Of a stretch of DNA of 64,000 nucleotides, positions 49,601-58,711 are shown one piece after another; position 1 is the first letter of the stretch; each line of letters begins with the position of its first letter. The stretch is taken from positions 11,904,001 through 11,968,000 of the forward strand of contig CM120641.1 of the NCBI GenBank assembly GCA_051362555.1. Reading direction: 5' to 3'. Under the pieces are notes generated by a model. That model did not search any database and was not told the origin of the DNA. It saw only the letters and a list, made by a program, of their open reading frames with translations. Made by a program: the position numbers and the translations under genes. This stretch comes from Lingula anatina. Lineage: Eukaryota; Animalia; Brachiopoda.

Positions 49601-50695
49601 AAATATAAGCTAATTACTGTCAGTGTTTTCTTTCTTTTTTTTCTTTTTTTTTTTTTTTGAGAGAGAGAGAAAGAAATGTGTAAAAATTGCAACTACAGAC
49701 AAAATATTAATGGATTTTGCTGATTAACAAATATTCATTTACTCAATCCCTCTGTTGTTTTTATAATCAAATGAAAAAAAAATGAGATCAATGTGTGTCA
49801 CGTTATTACAATATCACATTGCACTTATGCCAGGTGATGGAATGGGTTCCTTCAAACACATTCAGTAAGTCTATTTAATTGATAAGTAGTCAAATTTTTA
49901 GCTTGCTTTTTGGCTTGCTTTGTCTTTGTCTTTAACTTTAGAAGGCTTTAATTAGACCCTCCCAGGTACAGGTTTAAAATTCCATGTCTAAGGGGCAAAT
50001 TGAGGCTGTCTTCTGGGTTTTCCAGGAAAAGTCAGATTTTGAAAGTAACATTGATGGGGATACATCTAATTTTTTCTGTTGGAAGACGGTCAAAAATGGA
50101 GGATGGATCCACAAAGATAAATTGGAAGACTGTCAGAAATTATCTCTGGATCCACCTTTGTGTCTGGTCAAGTTTACAATAAGTTGAACCCTACAGTGAA
50201 AATCATTGAATCGATAACTATTAGTATGTGTTCTTTTCCACTTCCTTTGAATATTTCCCAAAATATTTCCCAAAAGTAATCACTGTTATAATATAATATA
50301 ATAAACAAATATAATAATGAATCATATTTAAACCCCAATAATAATATTATGGTCTCCTAAAAACTGACATGGTCCATAATAACGCTAAAACTATTAATAG
50401 AATAAGGTACACATTGAGATTTCCATTCAAACTATAACTGGGTTTAGTACAGTAAAACCTGTAAGATCAAATCCTTGCAGAGTGAAAATTAACACACTAT
50501 TACCACTGCTACTGTACATATCATTATTACTGGACTAATGGACTAAACTCAGTAAGTTCAAGTGCTGTAAAGTGTATGCTCTTTAAAAATCCTATCTTGC
50601 ACAACTTACTTACCCAGTGACTTCTGTAGCACAGTTTTTAAGCTAGTCCTCTGCGGTGACAGTGGGGACAAGCATGCTACTCCGTACTCCGCCAT
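28569..50695 (-). CDS. ITPRID2: ITPRID/SSFA2(KRAP)/TESPA1-family IP3 receptor-interacting protein, complement(join(28569..28649,28918..28992,29249..29419,29920..30070,30576..30748,30952..31491,31777..31868,32053..32092,32567..33603,37785..38191,38910..39044,39734..39880,40352..40409,47725..49122,50614..50695)), ~1528 aa
   Basis: Family motifs GSIEDDLSLGAEA, TVSSIEMLLEQRKGDPEEILENLGFGG...LPLRFL (KRAP IP3R-binding domain), QSDSSGVFSE and a C-terminal SSFA2_C-like coiled coil; 15 exons join in phase with GT-AG sites. Likely a pro-orthologue of ITPRID1/ITPRID2/TESPA1, so the symbol is approximate. Confidence 0.85.
28918..28992 (-). CDS. ITPRID2: ITPRID-like exon (MKVDLFQELTTHFSSVVDSLKKELQ)
   Basis: tttctag acceptor, CAG|GTAAAT donor. 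Confidence 0.8.
29249..29419 (-). CDS. ITPRID2: ITPRID-like exon (MIGLLKEQ...SSLAE)
   Basis: atccag acceptor, GAG|GTAGAT donor. Confidence 0.78.
29580..29680. repeat. Dispersed repeat fragment (transposon end), also at 34325-34426 and inverted at 18942-19000
   Basis: Shared CATGGTAAAAGG.CCACTTTTTCAGAAAAAGA.CCCCCCTTTGAAATT.CTGG...GG.CCTG block. Confidence 0.7.
29920..30070 (-). CDS. ITPRID2: ITPRID-like exon (EDLQCLDELKKLIKDEVFQLEQSL)
   Basis: ctgtag acceptor, CAG|GTATGT donor; SSFA2_C-like helix. Confidence 0.85.
30576..30748 (-). CDS. ITPRID2: ITPRID-like exon (coiled coil LLEEAKLIQKALQQYRGELQMLE)
   Basis: aatag acceptor, GA|GTAAGT donor phase 2. Confidence 0.82.
30952..31491 (-). CDS. 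ITPRID2: ITPRID-like exon (APQLPTRGRS...PYLRK)
   Basis: Inside 210-aa ORF; tcacag acceptor, AAG|GTAAAT donor. Confidence 0.85.
31777..31868 (-). CDS. ITPRID2: ITPRID-like exon (LRCSSGQSDSSGVFSE)
   Basis: ttgaag acceptor, GAG|GTAATG donor; QSDSSG motif of the family. Confidence 0.82.
32053..32092 (-). CDS. ITPRID2: ITPRID-like 40-nt exon (HMSHEQPVSKATE)
   Basis: ttttcag acceptor, G|GTATGT donor; bridges phase 0 to 1. Confidence 0.75.
32308..32521. mobile_element. PIF/Harbinger-type MITE, family B copy 1
   Basis: TIR core CATTCCCA.AGATT..AGATCGATC at both ends; TSD TTA (32305-32307, 32522-32524). Confidence 0.8.
32567..33603 (-). CDS. ITPRID2: ITPRID-like large central exon
   Basis: Contains 340-aa ORF; tttacag acceptor, GAA|GTAAGT donor; ends LHQESLEIAE. 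Confidence 0.85.
34325..34426. repeat. Dispersed repeat fragment, second copy
   Basis: Aligns by eye with 29580-29680. Confidence 0.7.
37785..38191 (-). CDS. ITPRID2: ITPRID-like KRAP IP3R-binding domain exon (alternative donor at 37977)
   Basis: DPEEILENLGFGG motif; tttccag acceptor; phase-1 donors G|GTGAGT (37785) or G|GTCAGT (37977). Confidence 0.85.
38910..39044 (-). CDS. ITPRID2: ITPRID-like exon (...MFGNSFESVRTSSSQTVS)
   Basis: ttatag acceptor, AG|GTAGGG donor, phase 2/2. Confidence 0.85.
39734..39880 (-). CDS. ITPRID2: ITPRID-like exon (GSIEDDLSLGAEA)
   Basis: tttgcag acceptor, AG|GTAAAA donor; conserved family motif. Confidence 0.9.
40352..40409 (-). CDS. ITPRID2: ITPRID-like small exon (GKPSVHAWINSISSAESLDS)
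   Basis: ttgtag acceptor, TC|GTGAGT donor; needed to bridge phase 1 to phase 2; Trp position resembles SSFA2 KIAIWL. Confidence 0.8.
43624..43670. repeat. (TTA)n microsatellite
   Basis: Direct reading. Confidence 0.95.
47725..49122 (-). CDS. ITPRID2: ITPRID-like large acidic N-terminal exon
   Basis: Contains 417-aa ORF; ttttcag acceptor, G|GTTAGT donor, phase 1/1. Confidence 0.75.
50614..50695 (-). CDS. ITPRID2: ITPRID-like putative first coding exon (MAEYGVACLSPLSPQRTSLKTVLQKSL)
   Basis: Acceptor ctgtag before 50711, ATG in AGTATGG context, G|GTAAGT donor phase 1 matching next exon. Confidence 0.6.
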
Positions 50696-50946
50696 ACTTC
50701 CTTTCTAACACCTACAGCACTGAAGAACCAAAAGAGATTCATTACTTTACAGTTCATAAATTATTCATTGTTCAAGGCACGAATATTGTACTCTTTGGTT
50801 TAATCTAATCATTAATGAGCTGATGTATGATTACGAATCAAATATTTAGTTTTATCAATTCACTTACAAATGACGTCATATTTCCTTCAATTTCTGTTAT
50901 CTGAAAACACATCAGCGTTTCTTATGTCAAAAACCTAGCAAACTAA

Positions 50947-50948
<2 letters not shown>

Positions 50949-51006
<58 letters not shown>
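50949..51006. repeat. (AT)n microsatellite
   Basis: Direct reading. Confidence 0.95.
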
Positions 51007-51009
<3 letters not shown>

Positions 51010-51501
51010 CATAACTTTGATTGTTTTAAAATAGAGGATAAATAAGATCTTTCTCCCAGACATAACCAAATCAGAAAACTGATCATAGGTGTGCTGATAT
51101 ATTACAACAAACTCAACTTCTTCACACCCTTAATATCATATGCTTCCTATCTCAGCACTGCAAAGCACTTATGCTAGTAAATACATCCACATAGTACTGT
51201 CCATACAGGGTGAGTCTACATTGCACACGGCTTAACAGTGTTCTCAGCTAACACAATTACACAGCTATATCTATGTGATATTTGTACAACCTGTTTTGAC
51301 TAAGACAGCACGTGTTCTCACGATTATTATATAGGACAAGCAGTCACACATGTTACCATTACCCCTGTTTGACCCACACTGGAATCATGATTCACAACAC
51401 TTTAGTTCACAATACAGTCATGCAAACGACTTAAACACAAAGCAATCAATTTCATAAGACTGACAAACATGTATTTAGGATAAAACTGTACATAAGTATA
51501 A

Positions 51502-51708
51502 GACCCCATTCCCATAGATTTTAGATCGATCTATCCCTGTGGGGAGTCTCACTAGATTACTGTCAGCTTAACCGGCTTAAGCATCTGTCCTGCCTACTAA
51601 TAACTATGGTGCGCGCTCGGCTGACTGCAATTTAGCGTGAACCCCTAGGGAGTTAGGTCGATCTAAATCTAAATCTCTGGATCGATCTAAATCTCTGGGA
51701 ATGCACCC
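51502..51708. mobile_element. PIF/Harbinger-type MITE, family B copy 2
   Basis: Homologous to 32308-32521; TSD TAA (51499-51501, 51709-51711). Confidence 0.8.
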
Positions 51709-51779
51709 TAAGATCCTGACACAATCGAACATGCAGCAATATCTCTCATTAGCAAATAGTCAAAAAAAGGTCGATTTAA

Positions 51780-51939
51780 AGGGATAACAACTGTTTTGGC
51801 CAAAAAAGCTGAATTTCTTGGGTTAAACAATGATTTTGCCACACTTACCAATGGTTAAGGAAACTGTTCTGACATATGAAGTTATTCCATATATATATAT
51901 ATATATGGGTATACCTCTGTAATCATCTTTTAATCTAAT

Positions 51940-52025
<86 letters not shown>

Positions 52026-52258
52026 ATTATAATTTTAATTTTCTAAAAGGTTTGGTTTCTTTTGAATAATGTCTTAAAAGATTATTACAGAGGTATACCC
52101 ATCAATGAAGATCCATGTGGACTATTGGCAAGCACACATTCCACAGTAATTGCTATAACCACTGTTTTGGGGAATTAAAATGGAATTAACATTTCTATGA
52201 GTTATTTACAATGTTTTAATTGTGAAATATGAATCTCATTTGAACAGTTGTTATCCCT
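51780..52258. mobile_element. Kolobok-like non-autonomous element with an inner inverted-repeat element
   Basis: TTAA-AGGGATAACAACTGTT ... AACAGTTGTTATCCC-TTAA; inner 29-bp inverted repeat 51905-51933 / 52074-52102 around an (AT)n tract. Confidence 0.55.
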
Positions 52259-53203
52259 TAAGCTTTAAGACTTACAGACATCCTTAGCTGCATTGCAGGT
52301 TAAAATATAACCCATAATATGTGAACGCGTAATTGCATAACAACTCTTTACTTGTTCAATATGCATGATCAAGACTGCTGTATTATTTTACAACAGACCA
52401 CCAAATTGAAGAGAGCTCTCACTGAAACACATTATCTGTTGTCTCTAATGATGCAAGTAATACTATTTTCTGCCTGTCACATATTCCTTGTTTCTACATT
52501 TTTGGCACACGAGCTTGGCTGCGGGCAATGATGGGTCAACAGCCAAATTTAGTTACACTTGCACTGACTGTTTTATCGAGCATACCTGGTTATTTTATAT
52601 ACAGCCCCAACACATGAATAAATTTCTGATATTGTTACTAGTACTTTATGCTCTATACCATAATCCACAATCGAAGGACATACTAGTACTAGTATTGTGT
52701 TATTTGTGGAGGAACTACATGAACAGACATGCCAAGCATAATTACAAGATGTTGGTCAAGCACATGCACACAACAGTCCAATTGATCACCTTAAAGCACT
52801 CTCTTTTAAACAAACCCAACTGTGATGTTCCTTTGTTCATGGCAACAATGGATCTATAACACTGTATAAATCTGTAGAAAACACTGACCAAGTGCTGTTT
52901 TACATGACCAGATTTGTAAATTATGTCCACAAATAAGGGCAGTAAATACAATACTCAAATGGGTGCCATAAGTATGTTCCCTACAGATAAGACAATCGTT
53001 TAAAGTCTAAACAGCGGACATACTGTGTGTGTGTGTGTGTGTGCTTGCGTGTACATATATATATATATGTACACACACCTAGGTTTCAAAAAATTAATAC
53101 ACCTCTGAACATTTATGATGGGACCCAACACATAACTGGACAGGGGTCCGGAGGCTGCCTTAGAACTGAATCTAAAAATGTGGAACTCCGCGTTTCAACG
53201 GAA

Positions 53204-53239
<36 letters not shown>

Positions 53240-55037
53240 TAAACTAGAACCAATTAAGCAGACAGAAACAAAGGCTTATGTGCATGTCAACATGATAAAA
53301 ACAGTTTTCTTTCACACCAGAGTGAGCAACTGCAAATAAGGGAGTTTAAACCACTTCTGGGTTACTCTGCCACAAATAACTGGTGTGGTTATGGACACCT
53401 ACAGGATGCAAGCCATACTATTACACAACATGGTGTCACGTCACGTCTGGCTTAGAAATACAGATATGAAATAAACTATTTTCTCTGTCCAAAATCATAA
53501 AATGAGATGACCAATAACAAAGTCATCCAGTTGTTTACTTGCCTTACCTCTGCATTGAACTCAGAGCCTGTTACTTGTGTTAGTACGGCTGCTTTGTGGC
53601 CTGACCAAAACCACAAAGAAATGGCCGAGAAAATCCACACCACACTGGGTCAGTGGGTCACAGGGTCATTCAACCATGAATTACATAATCCAGACAGGTT
53701 GTTTACTAAAGGTGCTTTACACTTTCTGCTTTACGTGAATAGTTTATGAAAACTGATGGATTTATTAATCAAACCTGACGGCTGAAGATGAAGGGTTCTA
53801 TATTTTTTTCAATTAATAACAATCAAACTGCAGGGATAAACATCCCAAAAAGTGATATGTGCAGCAACATTATTGTTCCCTTCATATGCTGAAAAAGAAA
53901 ATAGAGCAAATCTCAGATACAAAGATTATTCTCCACTGGTGCACAAATAACAGGGCTGTAGGGAGGATTATCACTTGCATCAGATCAGACTAGAAATAGA
54001 AATAAATCCGGAAGTTTATTGCTTTTAGCATGCCACCGTATCTTGGTCTAAATCTGGTCACTTCTGTTTTTGTTATCAAGTGCAAGAAGTTGTCCATCCA
54101 TCCATTCACACACTCACACACACACACACACACACACATATTAAATACATTCAAATCTGAATTTTAGAGTTCCTATAAAAAACATGTTGTATATATATGT
54201 TTCATATATAAACTAAACTGGTACAACTGGCACACATGTAAATTAACAGCTTATCTCAGCCATTTAAACATCAATAATGAAGCCCCACTCAGCAATTATA
54301 TGTAACTGGGTTATATTATTTACTGTTTCACATTTTAAAGATCTTCATGCACTGAGCACTTGTCCTAATTTGTGTCAATAAATGTTGTCATATTTACAAT
54401 GTAAAAAGTTTGTAATAGGTTTATAAACAACCAATTTATTAGACAGTTTGTCAAAGTTACGTCTCATATGTGTAACTGCTTCAACATGCAAAGTGCCAGT
54501 TCCATAGAACCAGTACCTGTTTTTTACATAGCACAACAAGAATCCACATGCCAAAAAACCAATTAATCTCTCAGACAGCTGAAAAAGGACTAAAACTTCT
54601 TCAAATTTCCAGCCTTAAATGTGATCTGCTTCTCCTTTCCTTAAGTCCATAAGGCAAAGAAAATAAACAGAAAATATCCATGCAAATATTTTTTTGAGAA
54701 ATAATCTAACAAAACTCTGTGGTATTTCTTTATTAATAAGTAAACACTATGACTGCATTTCTTTGGGTTGAGTGACAATGATTTGACATAAATACTCACT
54801 AATATGCATTTTTAAACTCGAAGCAAAAAATCTGTCTCTTGACAAACATACCTGTGACATATGTCAAACTGTTACAACAATTTTGTCATTTTCTGAGTTT
54901 GTGTACTTTCAATGGAGGCTGCATGCACTTCGTTTACTCAAAGCTCTTATAGTAGAAGTTGGTTGTTAAAATATTGACAAATCAACAGAAGAAGATGAAT
55001 CTCATATACTGTGAATATGTATCTCATCTTACACTTA

Positions 55038-55294
55038 GGCTTCGTTCACATGCAATGTCTATTTTCTAAATTCTATTTTCTATTCGCGCTATCTTATGAT
55101 CACTGTCTGTGCCCTGAATATCCCGCCGCGTTATTACTGGCAGCGCGAGCCAGTTACTTATAGTAACTTATAGTAACTGGCTCGCGCTGCCAGTGATTAC
55201 GCCGTGGGATATTAAGGGCACAGACCGTGATCATAAGACATGCCGCGAATAGAAAATAGAATTTAGAAAATAGACATTGCATGTGAACGAAGCC
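55038..55294. mobile_element. Fully palindromic PIF/Harbinger-type MITE, family A copy 2
   Basis: Same sequence as 1380-1637 with few substitutions; TSD TTA at 55035-55037 and 55295-55297. Confidence 0.85.
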
Positions 55295-56377
55295 TTAATT
55301 GCACCAAACAGTTAATGATTACCTTCAATGGCAATAATAAACTATAAGAAAATGTCTTTTGGACTATTAGTACAGCACAAGATTCCCATCTGTCCCATAG
55401 CTATAATCAGCATGTACACAAAATATATACACATACAAATCTCAAATAAAGCCTACATTAAACATTTCTGATGTGACATTCAATACATACCAAACTATAC
55501 CCTCCCCAAAAAATTATGAAAATACGGTTACAAATGGAATTACAGAAAATATATCTTAATTTTTACAAGTCATGCACAGTATAAAAACCATAAACACTAT
55601 ACCACTTACATATTCTAACGCTGCTTATGAATACACTATTGAAATTGTTAACCAAAACCTTTATATATTCATATTTAATGGGAAGGGTTAAATTGACGAG
55701 GTTTCCTGTCAAACTGGGTCATTGTGACGTGCTTAGTAAATATGCGGGTGTTTTGCACTATTTTTTTCACTGTTAAGAGATAAATAACTGAAGCAGTTCC
55801 AAAATATCTGGAAATTAGCAAGATGGCCAAATATAAATTTCATGTTTACATATATTTAAAGTAGATAAAGTAGCCTAACTAAATGACTGGGAGTGAATAA
55901 CTTACTAATTTTCCGATGAGAACCTTTGACGAAACATGACAAAGCTCCAACATTACTAAACATTTATTTCTTGAAGAAATTTAAACAGTCTCATGAGGGG
56001 CTCTTTTTTTATAATACATGAGGTAGTCTTTTACATTTAGAACATTTAAAACAAAATGGCTTTATCAGCGTTTTGTTATTTTAAAAATATAATATGATGT
56101 GTTTGCTTTAATTGTAATTTTAATGTAAAAAGTCCTTTGTAGGTATAATGGATATCATATATGAGACTTGAAAACATTTTAAGACCACTGAGTTGTAAGT
56201 CTTTGGTCTATGTGATCCCCATTAAAACCTACAATGTACTTGATATACATCCAAAAAAAGGGGTTGAATCAACAAGCTGGAAAATCCAAAAAAGAAAAAT
56301 TCAGAAAACCAAATATCTGAAATGTATACATATATGCTTATCAATTTAGCTAAATTTTTAAATGACTTGGTATCTTT

Positions 56378-57117
56378 CACCCCATTTCCATAGATTTTTA
56401 GATCGATCTATCCCTGTGGGGAGTCTCACTAGATTACTGTCAGCTTGGCCGGTGTCACGTGTACAGTCCGTTCTGCGTGAACCATCCGTCCTGACCGATT
56501 GTACACGCAGCAGACGCGTGTATGAGCCGTTCGGTGAATGATTTGTTGTACTGTTATATTCGGCTAGTTCATTTCCTACCACATTATACATTTACTATGA
56601 TGGGGATAAAATTCATGTGTTAATTGATAATTTTGATAGAGAATCAGCATCAAATTACAGTTCGATGCATGGATGAACCTACCGTGGACGGGCCGTCGTT
56701 TTTCAGCTGCAGGCTACTATTTTAGTATTAATTTTACTAGGCTAGTGTGTTGATATGGCCACCTGAGGGAAATCACAGTAGAGGTGAACATCTATAAGAT
56801 ATGAATACTTCTAAAGATTATGTTTGAATTTGCAGTATGTTCTCAACAGCGCATGATTATTAAGGGCAACGAATGTATTCATGACTCTATAGAGACGGAC
56901 TGTACACGCCGGAAGTCTCTCAGATTTGCCTGCGCTTTGTGCTCCAAGCGGTACACGCCACACCGGCTTAAGGGTCTGTCCCGCCTACTAAAAGCTGTAA
57001 GGGGGTAATTAACTATGGAGCCCGCTCGGCTGACTGCAATTTAGCGTGAACCCCCAGGGAGTTAGGTCGATCTAAATCTTAATCTTTAGATCGATCTAAA
57101 TCTCTGGGAAAGCACCC
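56378..57117. mobile_element. Family B MITE copy 3 interrupted by a 510-bp insert
   Basis: 56378-56452 and 56963-57117 align with the two halves of copies 1 and 2; TTT on both flanks. Confidence 0.8.
56453..56962. mobile_element. Putative non-autonomous Ginger1-type element (TGT...ACA termini, CCGG TSD)
   Basis: Flanked by CCGG at 56449-56452 and 56963-56966 where other copies have a single CCGG; termini TGTCACGTGTAC / GTACACGCCACA; 14-bp subterminal inverted repeat 56458-56471 / 56895-56908. Confidence 0.6.
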
Positions 57118-58186
57118 TTTGAAAACTTTAATGTCACTTCATATCCAATACACATGTGTAAGGGATGTGGAAGTGGGTACATAAAATGCAGCAGATGAGA
57201 CAAAACTTGTGTGGCTGGAAGAAGTGCCCAAAATCATAACGAAAAAAAAGTTGCCCACTACTTGGATTTTCACTGACTTGTATATATTTCTTCTACCAGA
57301 AATAAGGCATTGTCTTCGACTGCAGTAAGTAGCAGAGGGTAAGGCCATAATCTAAGTCGTAACATTCAAGCCGTGCGTTAAGTAGGCAGATTAATCTCGA
57401 CTTTTGGTCTTTTTTGTGTGTAAAGACGAGAACTCCACAAAAATAATATGTGCACGGAGTTACTACATATCTAGCCTTTCTTCGACCCAAATGTGGCCAT
57501 AAAATATGGTCTTGGTGATGAGCTATTGAATGAATTCTGTGTGCATTTAATAACCCCTCATTTCGATTGCACACATCGGCATATGAATCGTGGCAACCAC
57601 TGCAGCAACTTGAATAAGCAGTGAGCAAATACACCAATAAAATATGTACCAAATCTACACCATTAAAAGCAGATAAATATTATGCATAAGAAGAATGCGT
57701 TTAAAAGAAAGTAGTGATTTCTTCAGTAAACTTACTCTCTAAGGCTACTTCGCGCCCACCTGTTGTTATGTTTCACTCCGTTATCACCCCACAGATGGCA
57801 ATCAATATCAAGAAAAGCCACTGTTCACGATTCACTGAGAGAAAATGGAGTAAGAAAACGGCAATGCTGGTGCATACCAGTATAATGATTTAACATACTA
57901 AGGATTGTAAGGAATCTATTACCTTGACAATATAACTACAGCCCTGGGTCTAATTTGATGTTAATTAATTATTTTACAAAGTGGTTGTGAAAATGCTTCC
58001 ACAAACTTTCTTTTAAAAGCACGCTTCTAAAAATCCATTCACTATTAAATGATTTTTTAGAAACCGAAATACCTAAGCCATTTGTAAAATTGTCAATCAT
58101 TTTATTAAAGAAATATGAATATGTGGGTTTGAAATTTTAAAATGTGTTCGTATCTGACAGCAAATACGCTGGCTGTTAAGGGCCTA

Positions 58187-58435
58187 CAGTGGCGGATTAG
58201 GGGTCCTGACCCCCCTTCGATTTCTGAAAAAAGTCACACCAATGGTCCCCTCTTGAAATTAGAATTTTGACTAGCTGAATCATAGTTCTAAACAGTAGTC
58301 TACCAAATGACACCGTTCGCCCTCTAAAATACCAACATTGTTTGTGCCCTTCAGTGAGCCTTGAACCCATGGACGCCAAGGGGGGGGGGGGAAGGTCGAC
58401 TTCGAATCCTTCAAATAGTCGTGGATCCTCCCCTA
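58187..58435. mobile_element. Degraded MITE-like element downstream of the PALD1 stop
   Basis: Imperfect termini CAGTGGCGGAT ... ATCCTCCCCTA with inner C and G runs; no TSD found. Confidence 0.4.
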
Positions 58436-58506
58436 GGCTACCCTGGCCTATATAATTATGTAGTCTTAATGCATTAATACTTGATATATTTAACCACCGG
58501 AGACAA

Positions 58507-58647
58507 CTATTTGAATTCTCCCCTAAATGGCAGATTATTGTCTCGAAATGTCCACCTTCCTCTCATCGTGCTAAAACGTGACGGTGGCTCAAACTCTGGA
58601 AACCCAAGCGAGTCCAGGATGTTGTACAGTCCTGTGCGGGGTCCGAC
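58507..58647 (-). CDS. PALD1: PALD1 terminal exon (VGPRTGLYNILDSLGFPEF...RGEFK*)
   Basis: tttccag acceptor, stop at 58507-58509. Confidence 0.92.
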   Translation of the reverse strand, partial: VGPRTGLYNILDSLGFPEFEPPSRFSTMRGRWTFRDNNLPFRGEFK

Positions 58648-58667
58648 CTGGAAAGATACAGGATCCA

Positions 58668-58711
<44 letters not shown>

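Noticed and set aside
57293-57652. 119-aa minus-strand ORF between PALD1 and the ITPRID-like gene
   Set aside because: Non-ATG start, no family resemblance; region is more likely PALD1 3' UTR or an upstream regulatory region
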